This document shows positions 1 to 10,477 of a DNA stretch of 64,000 nucleotides, one piece after another (the stretch's first letter is position 1; the number at the start of each line of letters is the position of its first letter). This DNA is from an uncultured Spirochaetota bacterium (GTDB lineage: Bacteria; Spirochaetota; Spirochaetia; SZUA-6; DRHE01): the NCBI GenBank assembly GCA_963745745.1, contig CAVUYS010000006.1, positions 4,503-68,502 of the forward strand, read 5' to 3'. Position numbers and translations under genes: made by a program. Below the pieces are notes generated by a model. That model saw nothing but the letters and a program-made list of their open reading frames with translations, searched no databases and was not told the origin of the DNA.

Positions 1-373
1 GTGCGCCTGCTGGACATCAAGTGCCAGAGCCCCAGCCAGAAGGCCAAGGAGCTTTCGGGCGGCAACCAGCAGAAGGTCTGCCTGGCCAAGGCCTTCGCGG
101 TCAAGCCCCGCCTGCTGTTCGTCTCCGAGCCCACCCGCGGCATCGACGTGGGCGCCAAGAAGCTGGTCCTGGACGCCCTCCTGCGCGCACAACCGGGAGT
201 ACGGCACCACCATCGTCATGGTCTCCAGCGAGCTGGAGGAGCTGCGCTCGATCTGCGACCGGGTCGCGATCGTGGACGAGGGCCGGATCGCCGGCATCCT
301 GGCCCCGCACGCCGAGCTTTCGGACTTCGGCCTGCTCATGGCCGGCGAGAAGGTGGAGGCACCCCGTGCGTAA
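1..373 (+). pseudogene. ABC transporter ATP-binding protein, C-terminal part (5' end outside window); frame interrupted near 185-190
   Basis: Frame 1 shows the LSGGNQQK signature and [16 protein letters not shown] (Walker B/D-loop). The expected continuation [35 protein letters not shown]... is in frame 2 and ends at TAA 371-373. Confidence 0.8.
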
Positions 374-1413
374 TCTCCGGCAGCTCGTCAGCGACTTCGG
401 CTGGCCGCGGGTCATCATCTTCCTGTTCCTGGTGGCTGCTGTTCGTCGGCGCGCCCTTCGTGCAGGTGCGCATCGACGCCTCGATCTCCGACGTGCTCAA
501 CCGCTTCGGCCAGAACGGCCTGTTCGTGCTGGCCATGGTGCCCATGATCCAGTCCGGCTGCGGGCTGAACTTCGGCCTGTCCATCGGGGTCATCGCGGGC
601 CTGCTCGGCGCCACCCTTTCGATCCAGTTCGGGCTGACCGGCTTCCTGGGCTTCTTCGCGGCCATCGCCCTGGCCGCTCCCTTCGCCGTGCTGTTCGGCT
701 GGCTGTACGGCAAGCTGCTGAACAAGGTCAAGGGCGAGGAGATGACCATCGCCATGTACGTGGGCTTCGCCGGGGTGATGTTCATGTGCATCATGTGGCT
801 GCTGCTGCCGTACACCAGCCCCACCATGGTCTGGGGCTACGCCGGCAAGGGACTGCGCACCACCATCACGGTGGAGGGCTTCTGGCTGCGGATCCTCAAC
901 GACTTCCTGGCCATCCGCATCGGACAGTTCTTCGTGCTTCCCGACCGGCGCTCCTGCTTTTCGTGGGCTTGTGCGCCGGCCTGATCTGGCTCTTCCTGCG
1001 CACCAAGACCGGCACGGCCATGACCGCGGTCGGCTCCAACCCCGACTACGCCCGCGCCTCCGGCATCAGCGTGGACCGGATGCGCACCATCTCCGTGATC
1101 ATCTCCACCCTGCTCGGGGCCATCGGCATCGTCGTCTACCAGCAGAGCTTCGGCTTCATCCAGCTCTACAACGCGCCGCTGTTCATGCCGCTGTCGGCGG
1201 TGGCGGCCATCCTGATCGGCGGGGCCTCGATCAACAAGGCCAGCATGCTCAACGTGGTGGTGGGCGCCTTCCTTTTCCAGGGCCTGCTGACCATGACCCC
1301 CTCGGTCATCAACTCCGCCCTGCAGACCGACATGTCCGAGATCATCCGCATCATCGTTTCCAACGGGATGATCCTGTACGCGCTGACGCGCAAAACCGAA
1401 GGCGGCCTCATGA
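366..1413 (+). pseudogene. ABC transporter permease (sugar/nucleoside type), frameshifted as assembled
   Basis: GTG 366 overlaps the upstream stop (GTGCGTAA). Hydrophobic permease sequence runs in frame 3 ([23 protein letters not shown]), then frame 1 from ~440 ([15 protein letters not shown]...[17 protein letters not shown]), then frame 3 again from ~940 ([39 protein letters not shown]...). There is no in-frame stop before the next ATG at 1410. Confidence 0.7.
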
Positions 1414-2561
1414 GCAACTCCAGCGGCAAGAGCAGCTCCCTGGGCAGATTCTTCACCGAGTACGCCGTCGTGATCATTTTCCTGGTCATCACCCTGGCCT
1501 CCATCAAGCCCTCCGGCCTGTCCCTGGTCTACATCGTCCAGGAGATCATCACCCGCCTGGGCCGCAACTCCTTCCTGGTGCTGGCCCTGCTGCTGCCGAT
1601 CTACGCGGGCATGGGCCTGAACTTCGGCATGACCCTGGGGGCCATGGCCGGCCAGATCGGCCTGATCTTCGCCATCAACTGGAACATCACCGGCGTGCAG
1701 GGCCTGGCCTTCGCCGCCCTGCTGGGCATGCCGGTCTCCCTGCTGCTGGGCTGGGTGTGCGGCGCGGTGCTGAACCGGGCCAAGGGCCGGGAGATGGTCA
1801 CCGGCTACATCCTGGCCTTCTTCATCAACGGCATCTACCAGTTCGTGGTCCTGTACCTGATGGGCTCCGTGATCCCGATCACGCTCCCCGGCCATCCTGC
1901 TGTCGCGCGGCTACGGCATCCGCAACACCCTGAACCTGGACGGGGTGCGCCAGTCCCTGGACAACCTGCTGATGCTGCAGCCTGGGCCCCTTCGCCCTGC
2001 CGATCGCCACCTTCCTGGTCATCGCCCTGCTGTGCCTGTTCATCATCTGGTTCCGCAGGACGCAAGCTCGGGCAGGACATGCGGGCGGTGGGCTACGACA
2101 TGGCGGTGGCCGACATGGCCGGGATCGCGGTGGACCAGACCCGCATCATCGCCATCATCATCTCCACCGTGCTGGCCTGCTTCGGCCAGATCATCTTCCT
2201 GCAGAACATGGGCAACGTGGCCACCTACAACGCCCACGACCAGACCAGCTTCTTCGCGGTGGCCGCCATCCTGGTCGGGGGGGCCTCGGTGAAGAAGGCC
2301 ACCATCCCCAACGTCTTCATCGGCGTGGTGCTGCTGCACTCGCTGTTCGTGGTCTCGCCGCTGGCCGGCCAGAACCTGTTCGGCTCGGCCATGATCGGAG
2401 AGTACTTCCGCCAGTTCATCGGCTACGGGGTCATCGCCCTGTCCCTGGTGCTGTACGCCTGGCGCTCCCGCAGGGAAGCCGAGCGCGCCCGGGAGGGGTT
2501 GCGCGGAGCGGCGGTCCAGGCGGCCGCGGCCGGCACCGCCGCCAAGGCAGGCGCGCCATGA
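1410..2561 (+). pseudogene. ABC transporter permease, second membrane subunit, frameshifted as assembled
   Basis: ATG 1410 sits in an ATGA junction and starts MSNSSGKSSSLGRFFTEYAVVIIFLVITL... in frame 3. Between ~1885 and ~2060 the plausible sequence (AILLSRGYGIRNTLNLDGVRQSLDNLLML, GPFALPIATFLVIALLCLFIIWFRR) passes through frames 1 and 2 before returning to frame 3 (KLGQDMRAVGYDM...). Stop is TGA 2559-2561. Confidence 0.7.
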
Positions 2562-3025
2562 GGGGGGTGACGGTTTCCCGCCTGGTCCGGCGCCGCCGCC
2601 TGGCCATCCGCATCGGCCTGCTGGCCGTGTACGCCGGGCTCATCGTCCTTCTGTTCGTCAGCGGCAAGGCGCACGTGGTCCTGCTGGACAACAAGGACAC
2701 GGAAACAGCCGAGGCTCCGGACGGAGTGTTGGTGTCGGTGAACGGCGGCGAGGAGCTGGAGCTTTACCGGGGCGACCGGGACAAGGCCACGGTGCAAGGC
2801 CGGTCCATGCGGGTGCGCCTGGAAATCTTTGCCGACGGAACGATCGTCGAGAAACGCCTGCGCCTGCCCCTCGGGCAGGACATGCTGCTGCTGTCGCTGC
2901 CTTCCCTGCTGGCCGGAAGCGAGCCGGCCCTGGTTCCCTTCGTGCCGGCCGCGGCGTCGGCGCCGCTGGAGGAGGAAGCCTTCAGCTCCGAGGACCTGTC
3001 CGAGGAAGAGCTCCCCCCGCCCTAA
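2558..3025 (+). CDS. hypothetical membrane-anchored protein, translationally coupled to the permease
   Basis: 155-aa ORF with an ATGA overlap to the upstream stop. It has a basic N-terminus, one TM helix (LAIRIGLLAVYAGLIVLLFV), strong GC3 bias and an acidic C-terminal tail. No family recognised. Confidence 0.55.
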   Translation: MRGVTVSRLVRRRRLAIRIGLLAVYAGLIVLLFVSGKAHVVLLDNKDTETAEAPDGVLVSVNGGEELELYRGDRDKATVQGRSMRVRLEIFADGTIVEKRLRLPLGQDMLLLSLPSLLAGSEPALVPFVPAAASAPLEEEAFSSEDLSEEELPPP

Positions 3026-3077
3026 CTTGACTCCGCTGCTCAGATTCATGATCTTCCACCCATCAGGAGGACGCATC

Positions 3078-3851
3078 ATGAAACGCTACACACAGGGCCT
3101 CGCCCTGTTCATGCTCGCGCTTTCCGGCGGCCTGGCCTTCGCCCAGGACATCATGGAGCCGGGCAGGACCTATATCAATTATCCCGGGCCCGGCGGAGTC
3201 ACCCTGCAAGGCTACCTGGCTCTGCCCCCGGGCAGCGGAGCGCACCCCGCGGTGCTGATGATCCACGAGTGGTGGGGCCTGAACCGCGACATCACCCTGC
3301 TGGCCGACGCCTTGGCCAAGGAAGGCTACCTGGTGCTGGCCGCGGACGGTTTCCGCGGCAGCGTGGCCACCACCCCGGAGCAGGCCATGAAGCAGGTCAC
3401 CGGCACGCCGCGCGAGCAGGTCGCCGCGGACCTGGACGCGGCCCTGGAGTTCCTGCGCTCCCACCCCTTGGCCGATCCGGCCCGGGTGGCCACGGTGGGC
3501 TTCTGCTTCGGCGGGACCCAGTCCATGTTCCAGTCCACCCGGCAGGCCAACCTGGCCGCCACGGTCATCTTCTACGGCGGCGGCCCGATCCAGGACGCCT
3601 CCGGCCTGGGCAGCATGGGCCGCTCCGGACCGGTGCTGGGCATCTACGGGGAGCAGGACTCGAGCATCCCGGTGGCCCAGGTGCGGGCCTTCGAGAACGC
3701 GCTGAAATCCCGGGGCATCAGCTCCACCGTCACCCTTTACCCGGGTGTGGGGCACGCCTTCGTGAAGAGCAATACCTACCGCAACGGCGCCGCGGCCGAA
3801 CAGGCCTGGAGGCAGATGGTGGCCTTCCTGGCCGGCGCCCTGAAGGGGTAG
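3078..3851 (+). CDS. secreted dienelactone hydrolase family protein
   Basis: AGGAGG lies 8 nt upstream of ATG 3078. Signal peptide MKRYTQGLALFMLALSGGLAFAQ. Body shows HEWWGLN, GFCFGG (nucleophile elbow) and a GVGHAF C-terminal His motif, typical of DLH alpha/beta hydrolases. Confidence 0.8.
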   Translation: MKRYTQGLALFMLALSGGLAFAQDIMEPGRTYINYPGPGGVTLQGYLALPPGSGAHPAVLMIHEWWGLNRDITLLADALAKEGYLVLAADGFRGSVATTPEQAMKQVTGTPREQVAADLDAALEFLRSHPLADPARVATVGFCFGGTQSMFQSTRQANLAATVIFYGGGPIQDASGLGSMGRSGPVLGIYGEQDSSIPVAQVRAFENALKSRGISSTVTLYPGVGHAFVKSNTYRNGAAAEQAWRQMVAFLAGALKG

Positions 3852-3894
3852 TGCGGAGGTCCCCCGGGAGGCGCTCTTCGGCAAGGGTCACGCC

Positions 3895-4377
3895 TTGAGC
3901 AAGTGGCGGGACCTGACCATCCCCGGGCAGTTCGCCTGCCATGAAACTGTCGAGGTGGTAGGACCCCAGGGAAGGGTGGGCGGAGCGGTGGTGGTCGGCC
4001 CGCCGCGGGACCGCACCCAGGTCGAGGTTTCCCTGGCCAACGCCCTGGTGCTGGGACTGGCAGCGCCGCTGCGCGAGTCGGGCCGGTTGGATGGTACCCC
4101 GGGGGTCACGCTGGTCGGAAGCGCCGGGCAGGTGGTGCTGGAAAGCGGGCTGATCGCCGCCGCGCGGCACATCCACATGCACCCGCGCGACGCCCGGGAC
4201 TATGGGGTGGCCGACGGCCAGCGCGTGCGGGTGCGCGTCCCCGGCGAGCGGGGCCTGATCTTCGAGCAGGTCGTGGTGAGGGTGAGCGAGCAGTACGCCC
4301 TGGAAATGCACGTCGACGTGGAAGAGGGGCGCGCCGCCGGGGTGAAGGATTTCCAGCTCGTGGAGCTGCTGCGGTAG
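3895..4377 (+). pseudogene. pduL: PduL-type phosphotransacylase (PTAC), 5'-truncated remnant
   Basis: Translation ...PGQFACHETVEVVGPQG...TQVEVSLANALVLGLAAPLRESGRLDGTPGVTLVG...AARHIHMHPRDA...GERGLIFEQVVVRVSEQYALEMHVDVEEGRAAG matches PduL from about residue 45 onward. In-frame similarity (AEVPREALFGKGHAL) continues upstream to the stop at 3841-3843. The N-terminal region with the first RHxH motif is missing. Confidence 0.7.
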
Positions 4378-4387
4378 AACCCGCGCC

Positions 4388-5447
4388 TCAGGCCAGGGCC
4401 TCCAGTCCGTCCGGGGCCACCATGGCCTTCAGGCCCAGTCCTTTCGCCGCGTATTCGAAGGCGGCAACCGTCTCCTCCACCGGGAAGACCTGGGTGACCA
4501 GGGAGGCGATCTCGAAGCCGCCGTCGGAGAGTATTCTCGCGGCGTTGTGAAAATCCAGCATGCTCGAGCCCGTCGTGGCAGTGACGAAAAGCTCCTTGTA
4601 ATGGATGAGGTTCGTATTCAAGGCCACCATCTCCTTTGCCCTGCGGCAGGCCCCCGAACAGGGAAACCCGCCCGTGGCAGCCGGCCAGCTCCAGGGCGAG
4701 GGCCTGCATCTCCGGGACGGAGCAGGCCGTGATGACCACGTCGGCGCCCCTGCCGGAGGTGATCCTGCTGATCTCGGATTTCAGATCGACTTCGGAAGAA
4801 TGGATGACGCAGTCCACCCCGTACTTGCTCACCGCGGCGAGGCGAACGGCGGAGAGGTCCGCGACGATCACCCGCCCGCCCGCCCTCTTGTTCAGCAGGG
4901 CATGCAGGGCTCCAATGGGCCCCGCGCCGATGATCAGGACCGTGTCCCCGGGGACCGTCTTGTGGGCCTCATAGGCATTGTATACACAGGAAAGCGGCTC
5001 GATCAGAACCGCCTGCCGATAGCTCACCTGAGCGGGTATCCGCACCACGTTGCCGATGGCCCCGGCAGGGATGCGCAGGTATTGGGCAAATCCCCCGTCG
5101 ATGCTGATGCCGAACGCTTCATAGGTCGGACAGAGCTGGTTGAATCCCTGGATGCACATGTGGCAGGAGCCGCAGCCGATGTTGGGCGCGATGGCCACCC
5201 GGTCTCCTGCCGCAAAGCGTCGGACCTTGGCCCCGGCCTTGGCGATTTCACCGCAGGTCTCGTGCCCCAGGATCCGTTTTGCCCCCGCCGGAATCTTGAA
5301 ATGCCCATGACGGTAGATGCGGTTGTCGGTCCCGCAGACGGCGCAGGCCTTGACCCGGACGAGCAATTCGTTTTCACCGATTTCCGGGACGGGAATCTCC
5401 TCGACGCGGATGTCGCCGACGCCATAATAGACAGCCGCTTTCATCAA
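4388..5447 (-). pseudogene. Zn-dependent alcohol/polyol dehydrogenase (MDR family), one frameshift as assembled
   Basis: MKAAVYYG...CAVCGTDNRIY...GHETCGEI...GCGSCHMCIQG (catalytic and structural Zn motifs) and GAGPIGAL (Rossmann). The C-terminal 80 aa (MVALNTNLIHYKELFVTATTGSS...) are in another frame. The shift maps to a T3/A3 run at 4635-4637. Confidence 0.8.
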
Positions 5448-6265
5448 ACCTCCATGCCGTAGCGATGCGCCTTGTGCGTGGGGTACACAGCGATCTGCGG
5501 GATGGTGACCTCCGGGGCGCGGGTCGCGACATAGAGGGCGAGCTCGGCGACGTTCTCCACCTCGATGCAGCTGGCATAGATCCCCTCTTTGCTTTCCTTC
5601 TCATCCAGCCAGCCCTCCAGGTAGGCAGGCAGGGTGCCGTCATACAGCCCTTTGTCGATGATCCGGGTCATCGGCGTCTTCACGTGCGACGGGTTGATGA
5701 CGGTCACCCCGATTTTCTTCTTCATTCCCTCCAGGAGGATATTCTTGCTGAGGCCCATCATGCCGTGCTTGGAGGCCCGGTAGGGGCAATGCCCCGGTCC
5801 TGAAGCCAGCCGCGCGGAGGAGGAGCCCATGTTGATGATCCTCCCGCCGCTCTCCTGTTTTTCCATGATCCTGAACGCTTCCCGGCAGCAGAGGAACACT
5901 CCGGTGAGATTCGGACCGATGGTCTTGTTCCATTCCTCGAGGGTCACTTCAGCGATGGGCGGGGCCAGCGAATCGCGGCCGGCGCTGTTCACCAGGATGT
6001 CCAGCTTCCCCCAACGCTGGAGCGCATCGTGAAAGAAAGCGATCACCTGCCCTTCGTCCGTCACATCCCCGCGCCTGGCCGCGCAGACCCCATGCCCGCC
6101 CTTGATGTCCGCCTCGACCCTCCCGAGGCCTTCTTCATCCAGGTCGACGAGCAGAACCTTGCAGGCGTTGGCGGCGTAGATCTTGGCGACCGCCTCGCCG
6201 ATGCCCGAAGCGCCTCCGGTGACGATGGCAACCTTGCCTTCCAGTCTCTTTCCCTGGTTTTCCAA
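5444..6265 (-). CDS. short-chain dehydrogenase/reductase (SDR)
   Basis: KVAIVTGGASGIGEA, NSAG and YRASK motifs. Likely TTG start at 6265 with GGAGGGG upstream (the ORF extends to 6325). The stop overlaps the downstream ADH start (ATGA). Confidence 0.8.
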   Translation of the reverse strand: MENQGKRLEGKVAIVTGGASGIGEAVAKIYAANACKVLLVDLDEEGLGRVEADIKGGHGVCAARRGDVTDEGQVIAFFHDALQRWGKLDILVNSAGRDSLAPPIAEVTLEEWNKTIGPNLTGVFLCCREAFRIMEKQESGGRIINMGSSSARLASGPGHCPYRASKHGMMGLSKNILLEGMKKKIGVTVINPSHVKTPMTRIIDKGLYDGTLPAYLEGWLDEKESKEGIYASCIEVENVAELALYVATRAPEVTIPQIAVYPTHKAHRYGMEV

Positions 6266-6309
6266 ATTGCCCCTCCGATCGTTTCGCCTTCCTGATCTTA
6301 CCTCATTTT

Positions 6310-6351
6310 TTGCTTGCGGTGCCATTTGGAGTATGATAATCTAGAATCATA
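6310..6351 (+). promoter_or_regulatory. candidate promoter (TTGCTT-16-TATGAT) plus palindrome TATGAT-N8-ATCATA in a divergent AT-rich intergenic region
   Basis: Read directly. The only AT-rich stretch between the SDR start (6265, minus) and the SBP start (6438, plus). Palindrome arms are at 6332-6337 and 6346-6351. Confidence 0.3.
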
Positions 6352-6437
6352 TTCTGTTGTATTCCTGACAAAAATCCACGGAGAAAGGAGGGAACGCTTC
6401 TTCGATACAGGGTTCTGAAAACATAGGAGGGAGAACG

Positions 6438-7821
6438 ATGAACAAGAAGCTGCGCATTCTGGCTGTCCTGCTGGTCCTCGTCCTTCTCGGCGGAGGCCTC
6501 GTCGCAGGGCAATCCACCAAACAACTGGCTCAAAAATATCGAAACGCAAACCCGGGTGAAAGCTTCACCGTCGGCTGCATCACCTGGTGGCTCGGGCAGG
6601 AGTACGCCATCATGGTGTACCAGGCCGTCGAGCAGGCCGCCAAGCAGATGGGATTGAAGTTCCGGGGCGCCGTGGCCAGCACGGAGTCGGACTGGATCGA
6701 GCTCACCGAGAGCATGATCGCCGCCGGAGCCAAGGCCATCGTCTACAACGTTCCGAACATGGCGGTCATGAAGCAGGTGGCCGATATCGCCAACCAGAAC
6801 AAGGTCTTCATCGCCACCTACTTCGGCTACACGGGCGACATCCTGCCCGGCGACTACGGCCCGTATTGGGTCATCGACAACACGCCCTTCTCCGACGAGC
6901 AGACCTTCATTCCCCTCACCCTGCTCATGCAGAAAATGAAGGAAGCGGGAAAGAACAAGCTGCTGATCCACCAGGCCAGCAAATCCGCCGCGACGGTCTC
7001 CACCGTGTACATCAACCTGGGCATCTACCAGGCACTGCAGAAATATCCCGAGATGAAGCTGTCCGGGTTCCAGTACGGTGAGTGGGGCTTCGAGCCCGGC
7101 AGGGCCGCCGCCGAAGCCTCCCTGGCGATGTCCAAGGACTATCAGGGGATGTGGGGCGCCAACGACGGCCAGACCATGGGCGCGCTCAAGGCGCTCAAGG
7201 ACAGGGGCCTGAACATCGGCGCCTTCTCCGCCTCCCGGGACATGGAGTTGACCACCGCCCAGGAGATCATGAAGGGCAACTTCCTGTGCACCTCCGGGTT
7301 CGCCATCCCCTATTTCGGCGGACGGCTGGTCCCGATGCTCTACGACATGTGCGTGGGCGAGTGGTATCCCGCGCCGGACGAGATGCTGCAGACCGGCACC
7401 CTGGACCTCTACGGGAGACCCGGCGAGCTGGAGAAGCTGGCCAAGGAGCGCCGGCATCGACAAGCACCCGAGCTTCAACACGGGTCCCCTCAAGGAGAAC
7501 ATGGAGCAGATCCTCGCCCAGATGAAGGCGTCTCCGCCCAACTACCCCTACGACTTCCGGCTGCTGTCCCAGTCGAAGTGCAAGGAGCTGGGCCTGAAAT
7601 ACGACCGGCACGCGGGCGGGGGGACCTTCCTCGGTTCTCACGACTACTACTTCATCGCCAAGACGAAGAAGTTCGGCGGCAGCGTCGAGGCGGTGCGCAA
7701 GCACGTCAAGGCCCTTCACAAGTACTTCCTGGACATCAGCTGGATGACGGACCTGAAGGCGGCGAAGGAGTACGCGAAGCAGTTCCCGCCGGAGCTGAAG
7801 ACAGAGCCGAACTGGCAGTAG
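6438..7821 (+). pseudogene. ABC sugar transporter periplasmic binding protein (PBP1 type) with extended C-terminus, one frameshift as assembled
   Basis: GGAGGGAG RBS and signal/anchor MNKKLRILAVLLVLVLLGGGLVAG. PBP1-like body. Sequence continues in another frame after ...GELEKLAKE near 7449 (AGIDKHPSFNTGPLKENMEQILAQMK...), ending at TAG 7819-7821. Confidence 0.75.
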
Positions 7822-7850
7822 AGTTGGAGCATTCCTTCGGTTGACAAACA

Positions 7851-7889
7851 GGAGCGCAACCTACTCCTCGCGGAGGAAGGCTGCGCTCC
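7851..7889 (+). terminator. intercistronic stem-loop / partial terminator after the binding-protein gene
   Basis: Perfect 8-bp stem GGAGCGCA/TGCGCTCC (7851-7858 / 7882-7889) followed by TTCTTAAAAA. Sits between the SBP and ATPase genes, a common attenuator position in ABC operons. Confidence 0.4.
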
Positions 7890-7910
7890 TTCTTAAAAAG
7901 GCGGGCGGAC

Positions 7911-9446
7911 ATGGTGGATAAGACAGGCGCCCCGATTCTGCGCGTCAAGAACGTATCCAAGACCTTCGGCGGCGTCGTTTGCGCCCTGGACGATGTAAGC
8001 CTGGAGGTCTATCCGAACGAGATCGTCGGGGTCGTAGGGGAGAACGGCGCAGGCAAGACGACCCTCATGAAGATCCTGGTAGGCATTCACGCGCCGGATC
8101 GAGGCGAATGGGAGCACAACGGCGTGGTCGTGCCGTTTCCCAGGAATCCTCAGGAAGCCGCCCGGAAGGGCATCTCCATCGTGTACCAGGAGAAGGGCGT
8201 CATCCCCAGCCTCAAGGTGTACCAGTTCCTTTTTCTCGGCAATGAAAACAAATACCGGGGCGGAATTGGCCTGCAAATCGGCAAGATGAAGCAGCACGCC
8301 CGCGAGATCCTCGAAGAGTTCCACGTCCAGTGCGACATCGAGGATTTCATGTACGACCTGCCCCTCTCCACCCAGAAGATGGTGGAAATCGCCAAGGCGG
8401 TCCTGAGGATACGCCTGGAGCAGAACAGGGACACGACCGATTCGGTCATCATTCTGGACGAACCTACCGCGCCGCTCACGCTCGAGGAGCGCCGCGGCCT
8501 GCTGGGTGAGATCCTGCGGATGAAGACCAACACCTCCTTCGTGTACGTGACCCACATCATGCAGGAGGTGATGGAATACATGGACGAGGTGGTGGTGCTG
8601 CGCGACGGGAAAAAGGTGGGCTACTTCGACATGTCCGTGCAGAAGGCCACCGAGGACGACCTGGGCAGGGCCATCGTGGGCCGGGATTTCCTGACCCAGC
8701 CGCACGAAAAAGGGCCGCAGGTGGACCCAGGCGGCGAAGCGGTGCTGTCCGCGAAGGATTTGACGACGCGCGGCTGCTTCTACGACATCTCTTTCGACCT
8801 TCACCGCGGGGAGTGCATAGGATTGTTCGGTCCGGCCGGGTCGGGAAAGAGCGAGATCATCAAGACCATCGCCGGCTTGCGAAGCCACGATTCGGGCCGG
8901 CTGCTGCTGCAGGGCCGGGAAACCAGGCAGAATGAACCGGCGCACAAGAGGCTCTCGCGGGGAGTCGGGTATTTTTCCGGCGATACCGCGAATGAGCTTC
9001 TTCACGACTGGCCGATCACGAAGAACATTTCGATTCTGAACATCAGCAAGGTGGTGGGAAAGGTCCTGCGCTTTCTGCGCTTCAAGGCCGAAAAGACCCT
9101 GGCCGCCAGGATCGTGGAACAGCTTCGCATCCGGACCCCGGACGTCAACACGCTCATCAGCTCCTTGAGCGGAGGCAGCAAGCAGAAGGTCACCGTCGGC
9201 AAGTGGTTCGAGAAGAACCCGGTGATCCTGCTGCTGGAAGACCCGACCATCGGCATCGACGTCGGCTCGCGGGAGGACATCTATCAGGCCGTCCTGTCGA
9301 TGAAAAGGGGAGGCATGTCCATGATCCTGGTCAGCGACGACTTGAAGGAGTATTCCACGCTGTGCGACAGAATACTATTGATGAAGCAGGGAAGGGCGAC
9401 GGAGAGCATCAGCGCGGAGCAGCTCAGCGAGGTGCTGAAAACGTGA
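7911..9446 (+). CDS. sugar ABC transporter ATP-binding protein (two NBDs, CUT2 family)
   Basis: Intact 511-aa ORF with GENGAGKTT and GPAGSGKSE Walker A motifs, LSGGSKQK signature and LLLEDPTIGIDVG. Confidence 0.9.
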   Translation: MVDKTGAPILRVKNVSKTFGGVVCALDDVSLEVYPNEIVGVVGENGAGKTTLMKILVGIHAPDRGEWEHNGVVVPFPRNPQEAARKGISIVYQEKGVIPSLKVYQFLFLGNENKYRGGIGLQIGKMKQHAREILEEFHVQCDIEDFMYDLPLSTQKMVEIAKAVLRIRLEQNRDTTDSVIILDEPTAPLTLEERRGLLGEILRMKTNTSFVYVTHIMQEVMEYMDEVVVLRDGKKVGYFDMSVQKATEDDLGRAIVGRDFLTQPHEKGPQVDPGGEAVLSAKDLTTRGCFYDISFDLHRGECIGLFGPAGSGKSEIIKTIAGLRSHDSGRLLLQGRETRQNEPAHKRLSRGVGYFSGDTANELLHDWPITKNISILNISKVVGKVLRFLRFKAEKTLAARIVEQLRIRTPDVNTLISSLSGGSKQKVTVGKWFEKNPVILLLEDPTIGIDVGSREDIYQAVLSMKRGGMSMILVSDDLKEYSTLCDRILLMKQGRATESISAEQLSEVLKT

Positions 9447-10417
9447 ACCATTCAACCAAGCGGAAAGCAGGCCTGCGCGGCGCCTGGGAAGCGACGAGGA
9501 ATTACCCGGTGATTCTCATCGTGGTAGGGCTGGTGGCCATCTTCTCGGCCCTGTACACGAAGCGCTTTCTCTCGCCCGTCAATTTCACGGCTACGCTTCG
9601 GCAGTTCGTCACCCTCATGCTGTTTTCCATCGGGCCTTCCATCGTGATGCTGCTCGGCTCCATGGACCTGTCCTTCATCGGCGTCTGGATGCTGGGCAGC
9701 ATCCTGCTGTGGATACTCACGCCCATCTTTGGCCCCCTGTCCCTGCTGGTTTTCCCGCTCCTGGGCCTGGCGACCGGCTTTATGGTCGGCGTGGTTCACA
9801 CCAAAGGCAGGATACCTTCCTTCATCCTGACCCTGGCCACCCTCATCACCTACTGGGGGCTGACCGTGATGCTTTCGGGAGGCTACCCGCGGCCGGTGAA
9901 GGGCTACGAGTGGATAACGGCGTCACTCATCCCGCGTGTCCCGACCCCTTTCCTGCTGTGCATCCCCATCGTCCTGGTAGCCATCATCGTCGTGCTGCGC
10001 ACCCGCCTGGGCGTCTATTTCTCCGCCATCGGCTCGAACGAAGAGGGGGTGAGGCTGGCGGGGATCAACGTGGACCGGTACAAGATCATCGCCTTCATGC
10101 TGAGCGGGACCTTCACGGGGATCGGCTCCATCATCCTCTTCGAGCACCTGGGGGGTTCGGCGCCGGTGGATTTCAACATGAATAACGTGGTCAGGCCGCT
10201 GGTGGCCATCATCCTGGGCGGGACTCCGCTGGTGGGCGGAAGCGGCGGTCCGCACCGGACGATCCTCGGGGTGTTCACCTTCTCCATCCTGTACCGCGGC
10301 CTGCACCTCTCGCCGCTGCGGCCGGAGGTCATCGATCTGGTCGTAGGCGTCGTGCTCATCCTGTCCATCATAATCAGCTCCAAGGGTACGCGGATGAAGG
10401 GGGTGGACATCACATGA
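9443..10417 (+). CDS. sugar ABC transporter permease
   Basis: GTG 9443 overlaps the ATPase stop (GTGA). Multi-TM protein with the RbsC-like core ...YFSAIGSNEEGVRLAGINVDRYKIIAFMLSG... Confidence 0.85.
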   Translation: MNHSTKRKAGLRGAWEATRNYPVILIVVGLVAIFSALYTKRFLSPVNFTATLRQFVTLMLFSIGPSIVMLLGSMDLSFIGVWMLGSILLWILTPIFGPLSLLVFPLLGLATGFMVGVVHTKGRIPSFILTLATLITYWGLTVMLSGGYPRPVKGYEWITASLIPRVPTPFLLCIPIVLVAIIVVLRTRLGVYFSAIGSNEEGVRLAGINVDRYKIIAFMLSGTFTGIGSIILFEHLGGSAPVDFNMNNVVRPLVAIILGGTPLVGGSGGPHRTILGVFTFSILYRGLHLSPLRPEVIDLVVGVVLILSIIISSKGTRMKGVDIT

Positions 10418-10477
10418 CCCAGAGCGAACCGTGCGCCGGACCGGCGCCGCACGCAAGCGCTGAAGACGACCACGATC

